Of a stretch of DNA of 64,000 nucleotides, positions 34,441 through 50,169 are shown one piece after another; the first letter of the stretch is position 1; every line of letters begins with the position of its first letter. This stretch comes from the human T2T-CHM13v2.0 reference genome, Homo sapiens. The stretch lies in NCBI RefSeq assembly GCF_009914755.1, contig NC_060937.1; one strand, written 5' to 3'. A program made the translations under genes and the position numbers. Under the pieces are notes generated by a model that had not been told where the DNA came from, did no database searches, and saw only the letters and a list, made by a program, of their open reading frames with translations.

Positions 34441-36113
34441 AGGCATCTTTTTTTAATTCTAAAGATGGATGCAAATGCAGATATCCTGTCTTAACTTAGT
34501 TCTTCCCTTGGGATGCTTGGGGAAGTATGGTTCTCCTCTACAATATCCCTTAGCAAGACAGTAAGTGGTTATTTCAGAAGAAAATTCTTTGTGTGTGAAA
34601 TGGAACTGAGCTTTGGCTGACATGATTTTATTCATAGTTTTGAGTTGTTTCTATAGCTGTGTGCAAACTGATGACCTTGAACAAGTAATCTCCAGTGATA
34701 TACTTCAAGCTCAAAGAAAGTGTTGAAGTGGAACCAAAGTGACTGAATGTAGTCACTGAGGCAAACATCAAGTAGGGCAGTACTCAAAGGGGCAAATATG
34801 AAAAAATAACCCTTCTTTTATTATATTGCTTTTCTTCAGAAAAAGTCATACAGTATTTTAATGTTATTTCTCCAACCTAATTGCAAACGGTCAGGTTTCT
34901 CTGACAGAGAATTGTAAGTGTATCATTTTCTTTCTCAAAGCCATAGGATGATTACTATTAATTAAATGCTGCAAAAATTATCCAGTTACAGAATTGCTGC
35001 ATAAAAGGCTGTTCTTTAAAAGATCCTGATAGTGTAGCTTGTCCAGTTCAAGCCAAGAGGTAAAAATAAGGTCAAGATATCTCATTTTCCATTTTTGCCT
35101 TGCAACAATACAGATAATAATGCAAAGAATGATGAGATGAATTCAGGATAAATGATCTGGCCAAGTCCTTTGAATACAAAGAGACAAATATCAGGGGTTT
35201 AATCCTTAAAGTTATGTAATTTACTAATTTAAATTATATGAAAATTAGAGGCATGCATGAAACATTAAAAGACTGTAATACACTCTCCATAATAAAATGA
35301 TTCAATAGAAAATCTCTGGGAAATTAAGCTTTTATTTTATACTTAAGAATTAAAGCTTCTCACTTGCTTATATTTTTCTTCATCACCTTCCCACCACATT
35401 CTTATTATTAGGCACACTGAGAACATTTGCTTTGAGTTCACATGAAAGATTTAGTGCTATCTGAACAGACACCTGCCTGTTAATCAAAATCAGTAATTGA
35501 CCTATGGCTGTAAGTAGTCATTCAACAAGGAGGTAATGCAAAAAAAAAAAAATGTAGAAATAAAAGAGGCTTTTAATTCTCCTTCACTTGTCCACTCAGT
35601 TAATCAGTACCTGAAGGACCGATCACTGCTACTGTGGCCCTAACATGCCATCAGCATGCTTAGGATTTCCTTACCTAGGCTCTGCTTTTTGTTCACAGCT
35701 ATCATGTATAAGGTGATAAACAGAGCAACGTGATAATAAAATTTTATTATTATTTTCTCTGTTTTGGCTCCAAAGATCAGTTTGAGAGTCTCAGCTTTTT
35801 AATTGGTTTACTCTTGCTTTAGAATGAAATAATCTGTTATAAATGCCTTTGTCAAAGTCAGAGGGCTCTCTGCTTGCCAGCTGTCAATCAGTATGCAGGA
35901 AAGTTCACTTGGCATTGTTTTCCCGTGTCAAGAAGAGAGCAGTCCCTCTAAGAATCTTGATTCTCCTTTAGCCAAATCAAAAGAGGGCTGCTCCTTCATG
36001 GGCTTGTATCTATTAAGTAGGATCTTGCAGGGCCCATCAGCCCCATACCCTGCCTAGATTCTAGTTCTATTTCTCTATATCAAACTGTGTAATTTTATAT
36101 TGTCTCCTCAAAC

Positions 36114-36520
36114 ACAGATAGTCCTCACTTTGTTCTGATATACGTGAATTTCAGTCACTTATGGTTTAGTTAAGTAACACCAGTCCCCCATAACAGGGTT
36201 CACATATCGGTTATCATAACGTATTCACTGTGAGTAATTACATTAAGCAGAAATTTTACTACTAACTCTTCAGTCCACAAGTCATTACTTAACAGATGCA
36301 CATCACCGTAAATAACTCATCGTGTCAATTCTATCAAAGTCTGGAGGTGATCATTATCAAGTTCATGCACAGGCTTTTGTGTTTACTCTCTGTCTCCTAG
36401 TGATAAGCTTGCTATCATTTTACAAAAAAATAAAAAGGATAATTGAAAAAGGGAATTGGCCAACAGAGGCATAAGCGTAATATAAAAAGGGAAAGTGATA
36501 ATACTAGAAGTGAAATTTGA
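36114..36520 (+). mobile_element. Tigger-family DNA transposon relic (Tigger8-like)
   Basis: cagatagtcctcactttg...gaatttcagt...ggtttagttaagtaacaccagtcccc...tcttcagtccacaa resembles the recalled Tigger8 5' end. Confidence 0.6.
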
Positions 36521-36939
36521 ATAGCATCACAGACTTTCATACCAAGTTAGTTGAGAATTGCCTCTGGAGATTCAACCTCATCCTTTACTCCCACTACAGG
36601 GATGCCTGTTCAAGGGACATTCAGGCCGAATTTGCTCTGCATACATCAAAGAATGCTGTTAGGTAGAAAAGCAGGTAGAACAGGAGGTTGCCCGTGCTGT
36701 GACATTGCAAACTTGCACAGAAACTGCCCACTCCAGCTGCTGATAAATTAGATTTGGGTCAAACAAATGTGACGTTTGGCACTAGACATTTCCAAGAAAA
36801 ATACAGTAGAGGTTTATTTTCTTCTATAATAACAGTCCTAAAACTCTGTTTTCTTGGAAAGGGCAATAGTAAAAGTCGTAAGCTCTGTGGATCACCTTGT
36901 GTGTTTCTTTCTTGCAACCACGTGACCACTGTAGAGTGA

Positions 36940-37137
36940 AAGCAGCCACAGACAACAGGTAAACAAATAGGTGAAACCCAATGAAAGTTTATGAACATTA
37001 AAATTTGAATTTTAAAAAAATAAAAATTTCATTATGAATTTTTTTTCCAATCATTATAATGTACGAACTGTTCTTAGTACATAAACCATACAAAACAAAT
37101 GGCAGGCTAGATATGGTCATAGTTTGACAAACCCTGC
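36940..37137 (+). mobile_element. MER58B-like hAT fragment
   Basis: gccacagacaa...aaatttgaatttt...ggcaggctagat.tgg.catagtttg.caaaccctg. Confidence 0.55.
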
Positions 37138-37218
37138 TTTTAAAATATCCATAAATCATAAATTATTACGAGAAAATAAAGATTTAAAAGCTTAACAAAT
37201 GTTCATTCATCGTAATAA

Positions 37219-37540
<322 letters not shown>

Positions 37541-37839
37541 TGATAATAATTTAAAGAGCTCTTCATTTTTAGAAAGAAATTAATTACATTTTCAGATAGC
37601 AACTTGTATATCTGATTTAACTTATCAAAGTGGCCTTCCGCTGTACATAAAATATCAACACTGTCCCCTCATTTTGTACTCTCCATTCCCCCGTTTTTAC
37701 TTTATACTTCTTCATAAATAATCATCACATAAACTATTTTCGACTAACTTTTTTGCTTATGGCCCCATTAATAGAACTTAAGCTAAACCATGGCAGGGAT
37801 TTTTATAGTTTTGTTCACTAGCACTAAAAACAGTGACTA

Positions 37840-38272
<433 letters not shown>

Positions 38273-40299
38273 TTATATTTCAAAATTAATAATTTCCAAT
38301 TATTGAAACAAACATTTTTAAAAGGTCATGTTTTTGATTTGGGAGAAAATACCAGCAGCATTATCAGAAAGTGACATTGTCTATTAAATACATGAGCACC
38401 TAAACAAATAATTGTATGATACGATTATAATTAGTCAGACTTCCAAATACATGAAGTCATTACTTATTTCTACCCACGCATCAGAGTTGGGCATTGCAAT
38501 GGTCTCCAGTAGAGATTCTTGAGTCACTTAAAAGGTATAGCTCCAATTGAGACACTTACAAAAATATTACAAGTTATGTGCAACAAAAATACCTCAAATT
38601 ACAACCTTATAACAATAGGCCAAGTATCTATTAAGAATAGTATAATATTTGTGAAAAAATGATGTGTATAATTGCTATAAAATATACTCAATTATATTAA
38701 CCTTATAATATAGAATAACTGGTTTAATATAATTATCTGATAAAGATTAAATTGATATTGATATTAAAATTTTAATGCACATAAAATTTAGAAAACAATG
38801 GCTAATAAATATAGTGGGTTTAAAATATACATGTGCAATTCAGTTTTTTCAAAAATATAACTTTATGTTTTTATAACAACTTATTTTGCTCATAAACTTT
38901 CTTTCAGGATAAACTGTTAAGACGTCAAAAGTTCGCTATCAAGAGCTTGCATTTTAACTGTATTTGCTCTGTGAAGACATAGAAGCCTCACCTCCGATGG
39001 ATAGAGGTTTAAGTGTGAAAGAATTGCCACAGATGAATAACATATGTCATAATATTTCAAAGTAAGGCTGCATCCATCATTTATTGAATCAGCATTTGGT
39101 TAAGTTGTTAACTTACAACAACTTAACATGCAACCCTGTGCTCTTGCATCAGCATGTACCTCAAAATGTCTCAGAGAAATAGGAAATGTTATTACTCTCA
39201 TTTTGCATATGAGAAACACCAACATTTAAAATACTTAATTACCCTACTAAAGTTTATAAGTGTTATGCAACTTTTTCAATTTTATTAAAATAAGTGAATA
39301 TCATGCACCCAAAGGTATTTGGGGTTGTTGGTGAGGCGTTAGGCTCTAAAGTCTATATATAAGCCAAAAATTAAAAAATCATTAAAATTATTTATTTTAA
39401 AAATTATTTACATTTCTAATAAATTCATATTAGAAATTGGACTAGATGTATATACACACACATATAGCACCATCTATTAAAACATTAAATCTAGTGTGGA
39501 AATTTATATCTATTTTTAGCTCAGTGTTTTGTTTATGATACAAAATAAAATACTTTGTTTTCTTTTGTATAAGTCACTTTTATACAAAATACAAAATAAG
39601 TAATTAACTGTAGGACTCTATTCCCCACACTACATGGATACTGGGACTTTCTAAAACATTAGCATTTCCACTTCTCTTACCTCTTGCTTGCTTACTCCAG
39701 AGAAACTGAGCTTGGTATCTCTGTAATCATTGAAATTTTTTCTCTCTCTCTCTCTTATGGTTGGATTCCTTGAGTAATGTGTATAGTTGATATGACTCCA
39801 GTGTAATAGAGTAAATTAAATGTTCTTATCCATTTGGGTATTTATTCATAAATTTTGCTCTCAGTATTAAGTCACCTTTTGGTGTGTATATCATTATGTG
39901 TGTGTGTATATATATGTATATGTGCATATATATATGTATATAATAGTCTACGAGAGTATGTTTGTATTTCTGACCACATTAAGTGCTGCATGTTCATAGA
40001 AGCATCCTTTAAAAGTCAGACATCAAGACTACTTGAGTGTGAAACAGTGCTAACATAAAATTTTTCAAAAGCTTCCACATTAAATAAAAATACATCCTAT
40101 AATTCTGGTATAGCAAAGAATGTTTCTATGTATAAAATTTCCCGAAAGTCCAGGTTGTTACACAACATATGAAATGTTATTAGTAGAAAAGACCATAAAA
40201 AAGCAAATAGATTTATTAATAAATAGCCATAATGAAAATAACACTATGTTGTAATTCACTCAGTGACATATTGACACAGTTCCCAAAAAGTAAGATGAT

Positions 40300-41090
40300 A
40301 TTTTCTCTGATGTTTTTCATGAATATGTTTTTTACAAGGTGAATGACTTATAATATCAACATATATGTGCAGTGACCACAAAAATACTTCTACATGACTG
40401 TTTACATCAGCTTTATTCATAATAGCTAAAAGTGAAAATATTTCAGGTTTTCATCAATAGGAGAATGGATAAACAGATTACTATTAATTAATTAAAAAGA
40501 AGATAGGGATATGCACAACATAAATGAATTCCAAAAATAATATGCTAATTGAAAAAATCTTAGATAAAAGACTACAAAATGTGTGATTTCCATTTATGTG
40601 AAGTCTACAAATAGGCAAAACTAACGTAGGTTGAAAAAATATTCAAAGGAATAGTTGTCTTTGGAGATGTGGAAGGTGAAATTGACTGGGAAGGAATATG
40701 AGTGTGCTTTCTGGGGTAGTGGCAATGCTCTATCATGTTTAGTGTTTGGGTTACATACCTGTATGCATTGTGAAAACTCACTTAAAGGACCACTTAAGAT
40801 TTGCACATCTCAATGAATGTAAATTTTGCCTAAAATATCTAAAAAAAATTTGAAATCTAATGATAATATGTATCCAAATGTGTTTAGGATCAAGTTCATT
40901 CATGTTTTCAATTTTGAAATGCATTAAAAAATTGATGAGTGATAGAAAAATGATAGATGGATACGTATGTGATAAAGCCATGTTGCATACTAGTAACGAT
41001 ATCACTTAGATGAGAATATGGATGTTAACTGTATGATTGTTTCTCACTTTTTAATGTTTAAAAATTCTATAATAATATGTTGATAAAATA
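40300..41090 (+). mobile_element. Old L1M (L1MC/ME-like) 3' region
   Basis: cagctttattcataatagc, tgatttccatttatgtgaagtc..aataggcaaaactaa, ttctggggtagtggcaatgctcta. Boundaries approximate. Confidence 0.6.
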
Positions 41091-41959
41091 AACATGACTA
41101 AAAACAGCTTTTTTCTACATAATTGAATTGGTCAGGCTACTGAGAAGCCAGGGATGGGAGGATTTTAAAGCAGGGTGAGATAAGCAGGGGATAAAAGAAG
41201 AAAGACATCAAGCATAAAGCAATGTATGTGTATGAGTAGTACTGTTAGTGGAAGGGAGCTTCGGATCTGGGGTGGTGAGTGGTAAAATATGATAAAGTTT
41301 AGAAGTATACTGGCAAGAAATTTTTGATGGAAAGAAAATAGGAAAAACCTGCCAGTTAAATTAGGTGATGAAGAATAGTTTTGTCATGGGCAAAGAATAT
41401 TAGTCCTTACCTGGGGAATGGGGATCTAATGAAGGTTTTTATTGTATTTTATTTATATTTATATTTTGTATTTTAATGATCATGCTAAAAGTCATGATAA
41501 ATTAATTTTATAGTAGATAGAGAGCTGGGTGGATGGGACTGGAGAGAGACTGGAGATAGGGAGATCACTGTCTAACGTATTTCTGTGTTGTAAGAACAAG
41601 TAAATCCATTTAAGAAGCACATGTTTTATCCCAGGACTACAGGGCTGAGGTGATAAAGTTTCAACTAAGGTAGTAGAAATGCTGATGTAAATCAGACAGC
41701 CCTTGATAACTGATGAGCTACAGAGGGCAGAGCAAATCTGATAACTGAAGTCTGAAGCCAAGTTAGATAGAAATATTGCTGATAGGGTATATCCCAGATA
41801 GTATATTAATAGTTCTCTGACAGTAGGAAACATAATGACCTTGTATTGAATTATAGAACTTTTATTTGACGTTTATACAACATATTATGGCCTAGAAATA
41901 CTTACTTACAGAAAAAAAAGATTTATTTATTTTGTGTCTAAAAGTTGCTTTTGTTAAGT

Positions 41960-42690
<731 letters not shown>

Positions 42691-43373
42691 TGTTTTTTTC
42701 ATTAAATAATGTGTTCTTTTAAGAGAATATATGGCTGTGAAATTTAAATTTTATAAACGAGTGTTTAGGATACTTATAGTAAGATTTTTATTTTAATAAG
42801 AATATATTAATTGAGACCTTTATAAACTTGTATTCATTTTCTGGACATCCATTTTCTAGACAAATGAATTTTGTCTAGAAAAATTTTCTGGACATTCATA
42901 TGTACATTTTTGGACATTTAAAGATACTAATTTCATGGTTCTTCATGCTTATAATTAGAATAAAATTTTGAAATGTGGGCTGAATTTTAATGTAATATGT
43001 TACGTTAGATTTTGAAAACATGTTATTAAAAGGTAAATCTCAATGGAAATTAATAAAACAGAGTTTGAAAATAAGGTAAAATTATAATATATTTATAATT
43101 TTGGTATATAAAATTAATTTATAAAACATGAAATGGAAATATAATAGAGCATATTTAATTTTGTCAATTATATAATTTCTTATATTTCAAATATGTTTTC
43201 TAAAATCATAAGATAAGGTTTATTTAGCTGGCCTGAGATTTTTTCCTTCACACACTGCACTTGAGAACTGATTCTAATCTTCAGTAAAATTCTAAATAAA
43301 AATAATATAATAAGAATTAATGTATGTCAAGTATTTAGCAGGCCTTTTAAAAAAGTCATTCTTAGTGAGTGTC

Positions 43374-43672
43374 AGGGCATGGTGGCTCACGCCTGTAATC
43401 CCAGCCCTTTGGGAAGCCAAGGCGGGTGGATCATGAGGTCAGGAGATAGAGACCATCCTGGCCAACATGGTGAAACCCCGTCTCTACAGAAAATACGAAA
43501 ATTAGCTGGGTGTGGTGGTGCATGGCTGTAATCCCAGCTACTCGGGAGGCTGAGGTAGGGGAATCTCGTGAACCCCAGGAGTCAGAGGTTTCAGTGAGCC
43601 AAGATCGTGCCACTGCACTCCAGCCTGGCGACAGAGCGAGACCCTGTCTCAAAAAAAAAAAAAAAAAAAAAA
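43374..43672 (+). mobile_element. AluSc-like element
   Basis: Full dimer with poly-A. TSD aaagt(c/t)attcttag on both sides. Confidence 0.88.
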
Positions 43673-43933
43673 AGTTATTCTTAGCACATCTCATCATTAA
43701 CAGGTTAAATGTGAGCAAAAGAGCAGAAGAAATAATACAAATTTTGGAATTACACACAATCCTGATTAAAACTCTACTTACTAAATGGTAGAAACTAAAA
43801 AAGTTTCTTAATCTTTTCAAATTCAAAATGAGCTTGGAAAATACTCTCAAGATAAGTTTGTTGTTGGAAGTAAATAAAATTTTGTATATGGTGGTGTTTG
43901 GAAGAAGGTATTTGTAATATATGTCATTGATGT

Positions 43934-46900
43934 GAAAATGGCAGATAGGATACAGGACTAACTTGCAGCTCCCACTTGGATGGACAGAACAGCATGAGGA
44001 GACTCACATAATGAATTTTTGCTTGAAGAACTAATGCAGGAACATAGCAGGAAAACCAAAGGAATTCACAGACCCTTTGAAAGAAGTGGCTTGCCACAGC
44101 ACACTCCATGAACAGCTAGAAAACTGTGAGTGCCCAAAATGTGAGAGGGGAAATCAGCCTCCAAGTACATATGCTCACCTCACTGAGGGAACCTGAAAAT
44201 CCAGATCACAAAGGAAGTATTTAACCTTATCTAGAGCTGAAACAAATGTAGAGAGCCAAGTGAAATATAAAAATAGAAGAGGAAGTAGGATGAGCCCTGT
44301 AGGCACTCTCAGTACCCAGAGAAACCATTTCTAACTTTATCTCACAGGGGTTCTTGGGGAGGGAAGCCAGTGGAATTGGGAAAGGACCACAGGGAGAAGG
44401 AAACCTCCAGTTGAACTTTCTAATAATTTTGACTGAACACCAGTATTCCTGGGTACAATCCAGGGCGGAGTGCAAATGGGAAGTACAGGCCATAGGAACA
44501 CAGAGGCTAAAGCAAGTGGGGAGGGGTGAGGCCTAAAAACCTTGCTTACTTTCTCAGCAGGGAGGTTTGCAGCCTGGGGCAAGATCTCAGCCCTGCTTAT
44601 CAGCTGCCTGGATATAAACTCCAGGCTGATGCTGGGACAAGGTGGGAATAAGGCTGGCCTTGCTGGCTGTGTAGGACCTGGGTGAGGCCTGTCATTGCCA
44701 GCTTTCCACCACTTCCCTGGCAACCTGTATGACGCAGCAGAAGCAGCCATAATCCCCCTGGGAAAGTAACTCCATTGGCCAGAGAACCACACCTCCATCC
44801 CCCACAGTGGCCACAGCAAGCCCTGCCCAAGGAGAGTCTGAGCTCAGATATGCCTAACCCTGCACCCACCAAGCCTTTCTCTACCTGCTTTGGTAGTCAA
44901 AATGAAAGACGTAATCTCTTAGGAGCTCTAAGGCCTTGCCCATTGCCTGAGAAACCCAAAGTATACTTATCCAAGAAATCTTAGGGCAAGCTTATATCAG
45001 CTGATGCTCTCTTGAAAGTTCCACCTCCTGGCTGGAGGCCAAGAAACTGCTAGCACAACCAGCATTAGAGGAAACCAGCACACTAAACACAACTACAACC
45101 AAGGACCCTCACACAATTCACTTCACTCCCCTACTACCTCCGCTGTTGTGTATGGCTGAGAGACCTGAAGACAGATCACATTACAGGATCCACAGACACT
45201 CCCCAGTACCACCCCAGAGTACAGTAGCTCTGCTGGGTGGCTAGACCCAGAAGAGCAAAAACAATCACTGCAGTCCAGCTCTCAGGAAGCTCCATCCAAA
45301 GGGGAAAGAGGAGAGCACCACATCAAGGAATCACTGTGCAGGACAAAATAATCTGAACGCAGCCCTTAAGCCCCAGATCTTTCCTCTGACATAGTCTATC
45401 CAAATAAGAAGGAACCAGAAAAACAATTTTAGTAATATGACAAAGCAAGGAGCTATAACACCATCAGAAGATCACACTAGCTCACCAACAATGGATCCAA
45501 ACCAAGAAGAAATCTCTGAATTTCCAGAAAAAGAATTCAGAAGGTTGGTTATTAAGCTACTCAACAAGGCGCCAGAGAAAGGTGAAAAACAAGGTAAAAA
45601 AATTAAAGAGCTGTGAGGCAAAGCATCAGATAACCTATAAAGAAAAACCTATCAAATTAACATCAGATGTCTCAACAGAAACCCTACAAGCTAGAAACTA
45701 TTGGGGTCTTATCTTTAGCCTCCTTAAACAAAACAATTATCGACCAAGAATTTTGTATCCAGTGAAACTAAGCTTCATAAATGAAGAAAAGATATAATAA
45801 TATTTAGACAAAGAAATGCTGAGAGAATTTGGCACTGCCAAGCCAGCACTACAAGAACTGCTAAAAGGAGTTCTAAATCTTGAAACAAAACCTCAAAATA
45901 CACCAAAATAGAACCTCCTTAAAGCATAAATTTCACCAGGCTTATAAAACAATAATACAGTGGGAAAAAAAAAGAAGGTATTCAGGCAAAAACTACCATG
46001 ATAAAAAGAATAGTACCTCACATCTCAATATTAACATTGAATGTAAATGGCCTAAATGCCCCACATAAAAAATACGGAATGGATAATAATTCACCAACCA
46101 AGTATCTGCTATCTTCAAGAGACTCACTTAATACATAAAGACTCACATAAATTTAAGGTAAATGAGTGGAAAAAGATATTCCATGCAAATGGACACCAAA
46201 AGTGAACAGGAGTAGCTATTCTTATATCAGACAAACAGACTTTAAAGCAATGACAGTTTAAAAAGGTAAAGAGGGACATTAAGTAATGATAAAAGGACTT
46301 GTCCACCAGGAAAATATCACAATCTTAAATATACATGCACTTAACACTGGAGGTCCCAAATTTATAAAACAATTACTACTAGACCTAAGAAATGATATAG
46401 ATGGCAACACAATAATAGTAGGGAACTTTAATACTCCACTGACAGCACTAGACCGTCATCAAGACAGAAAGTCAACAAAGAAACAATGGACTTAAACTAT
46501 ACCCTGGAACAAATGGACTTAACAGATATTTAGAGAACATTCTACCCAACAGCTGCAGAATATACATTCTATTCATCAGCACATGGAACATTCTCCAAGA
46601 TAGACTGTATGACAACCCACAAAACAAGTCTTATCAAATTTAAGAAAACTGAAATTATATCAAGTACTCTCTCAGACCACAGTGGAATAAAATTGGAAAT
46701 CAACTCCAAAACAAACCCTCAAAATCATGCACATAGATGGAAGTTAAGTAATCTGATCCTGAATGATTGTTGGGTCAACAGTGAAGTCAAGATAGAAATT
46801 TTAAAAATTATATAAACTGAATGATAATAGTGAAACAACTTATTAAAACTTTTGGGATACAGCAAAATCAATGATAAAAGGAAAGTTCATAGTACTAAAT

Positions 46901-49766
46901 GCCTACATCAAAAAGTCTAAAGAGCACAAACAGACAATCAAAGATCACACTTCAAGGAGCTAGAGAAACAAGAACAAATCAAACCCAAACCCAGTAGAAG
47001 AAAAAAAAAATAACAAAGATCAGAGCAGAACTAAATAAAATTGAGAAAGAAAATACAATAGATAAGTAAAACAAAAAGCTGGTTCTTTGAAAAGATAAAC
47101 ATAACTCATAGACCATTAGTGAGATTAACCAAGAAAAGAAGAGAGAAGATCAAAATAGGCTCAATTAGAAATGAAACAGGAGATATTACAACTGATAACA
47201 CAGAAATAGAAAAGATCAGACAGGACTACTATGATCACCTTTACATGCACAAGCTAGAAAAGCTAGCAGATTTGGATAAATTCCTGGAAATATACCACTG
47301 TCCTATATTAAACCAGGAAGAAATAGAAACTCTGAACAGACCAATAACACGGAGCAAGATTGAAATGGTAATTAAAAAAAGTGTCAAGAAAACAGAAGTC
47401 CACGACCCAGTGGATTCACAGCTGAATTATATCAGATATTCAAGGAAGAATTGGTACCAATTCTATTGAAACTATTCCAAAAGATAGAGAAGGAGAGAAT
47501 CCTCTGTAAATCATTCTATGAAACTGCTATCACCCTAATACCAAAACCAGGAAAGGACATAATAAAAAAGAAAACTACAGACAAATGTCCCTAATACACA
47601 TATATGCAAAAATCCTCCGCAAAATACTAGCTAAATAAATCCAACACCATATCAAAAAGATAGTCCACGATGATCAAGTTGATTTCACACCAGGGATGCA
47701 TGGATGTTTTCAAATATGCAAGTCAATAGATGTGCTACACAACATAAACAGAATTAAAAACAAAAATCACATCATCATCCCAAGAGATGCAGAAAAAGCA
47801 TTTAACAAAATCCAACATCCCTTTATGATTAAAACCCTCAGCAAAACTGGCATAGAGGGGACATACTTTAAGATAATAAAAGCCATCTATGGCAGACCCA
47901 CAGTCAACATTATACTGGATGAGGAAAAGTTGAAAGCATTCCCCCTGAGAAGTGGAACAAGGCAAGGATGCCCATTTTTACCACTTGGATTCAACATAAT
48001 ACTGGACATCCTAGCCAGAACAATCGGACAAAAGAAAGAAATAAAGGGCACCAAAATTGGTAAAAAGGAAGTCAAACTGTCGCTGTTCACTGATGATATG
48101 ATTGTATACCTAGAATACTCTATAAACTCACGCAAAAAGCTCCTAGATCTGATAAAAGAATTCAGTAAAGTTTCAGGATACAAAATCAATGTACACAAAT
48201 CAGTAGCACCATTATACACCAACAGCGACCAAGCTGAGAATTAAATCAAGAAATCAACTCTTTTTAAAATAGCTGCCAAAAAATAATATAATATATTCAG
48301 GAATATACCTAAGCAAGGAGGTGAAAGACTCTGCATGGAAAACTACAAAACACTGCTGAAAGAAATCATTGATGACAGAAACAAATGGAAACACATCCCA
48401 TGTTCATGGATGGGTAGAATCATTGGGAAAATAATCATACTGCCAAAAGCAATCTAAAAATTCAATGCAATTCCCATCAAAATATTTTCATTCTTCATAG
48501 AACTTAAAAAAAATTCTAAACCTCACGTGGAATCAAAAAAGAGCCTGCCTAGCCAAAGCAAGACTAAACAACAACAACAACAACAACAACAAATCTAAAG
48601 GCATCACGTCACCCAACTTCAAACTGTACAATAAGACTATAGCCACCAAAACAGCATGGTACTGGTATAAAAATAGGCACACAGACAAATAGAACAGAAT
48701 AGAAAACCCAGCAAGAGAGCCAAATAGTTACAGCCAACTGATCTTTGACAAAGGAAACAAAAACATAGAGTGGGGAAAGGACAACCTATTCAACAAATTT
48801 TGTTGGGATAATTGGCAAGCCACATGGCAAAAAACTGGATCCTCATCTCTCACTTTATACAAAAATCAACTCAATATGAATCAAAGACTTAAATCTAAGA
48901 CGTAAAGTCACTAAAAATGTAGAAGATAGACTCAGAATAATTCTTCTGAACATTGTCTTAGGCAAAGACTTTATGACCCAGAGCTCCAAAGCAAATGCAA
49001 CAACAACAACAAAGATAAATAGATAGGCCTTAATTAAACTCAATAAGTTTCTGCACACCAAAGGAAATAATCAGCAGAATAAACAGACAACCCACAGAGT
49101 GGGAGAAAATCTTCACAAACTATGCATCTGATAAAGGACAAATGTCCAGAATCTACAAAGAACTCAAACATATCAGCAAGAAACAATAAATAATCCCATC
49201 AAAAAGTGGGCTAAGGACATGAATGGACAATTTTCAAAAGAACATAAATAAATAGCCAACAAACATATGAAAAAATGCTCAACATCACTAATGATCAGGG
49301 AAATGCAAATCAAAACCACAATGAATACCAGTTTACTCCTCCAAGAATGGCTATTGTCAAAAAATAAAAAAAAATAGATGTCGACAAGGATGTGGTGAAA
49401 AAGGGAACACTTTTACACTGCTGGTGGGAATGTAAACTAGTATGACCACTATATAAAAAACAGTATGGAGATTCCTTAAAAAATAAAACTAGATCCACCA
49501 CTGTATCCAGCAATCCCAATACTGGATATCTACCTAGATTCAAAGAAGTCATTATATGAAAAAGACATTTGCACATATGTGTGTTTATAGCAACATAATT
49601 TGCAATTGCAAAAATATGGAACCAGCCCAAATGCCCATCAATCAATGAGTGGATAAAGAAATAATGGTATATATATATATATATACATACATACATACAT
49701 ATATACTTGTTGTGTTCTATATATATATATACACACACACACATGTATACATATATATATACACAC

Positions 49767-49797
<31 letters not shown>

Positions 49798-50169
49798 TAT
49801 GCCATGGAATACTACTCAACCACAAAAAGGAACTAAATAATGGCATTTGCAGCAACCTGGATGGAGTTAAAGACCATTACTCCCAGTGAAGTAACCCAGC
49901 AATGGAAAACCTAAAATCGTATGTTCTCATTTATAAGTGTGAGCTAAGCTATGAGGACACAAAGTCATAAGAACAATACAATGGACTTTGGGGACTTGAG
50001 GGGAGGGATGAAAGAGTGGAGGTTGAGGGACAAAAGACTACACATTGGGTATGGTGTACACTGCTCAGGTGATGGGTGCACCAAAATCTCAGAAATCACC
50101 ACTAAAGAACTTATCTATGTAAACCAAACACACCTGTTTCCCACAAACCTATTGAAATTAAATAAATAA
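43934..50169 (+). mobile_element. L1PB1-like element with 5'UTR, internally deleted ORF1, decayed ORF2 and 3'UTR
   Basis: 5' gaaaatggcagatagg...ctaacttgcagctcccac. ORF1 jumps near 45595. RT motif LFTDD in ORF 47696-48244. L1PB 3'UTR (gggtgcaccaaaatctcagaaatcaccactaaagaactt). TSD tatgtcattgatgt at 43920-43933 and 50237-50250. Confidence 0.88.
49668..49800. repeat. (TA)n/(CA)n compound microsatellite inside the L1PB
   Basis: Read directly. Confidence 0.9.
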
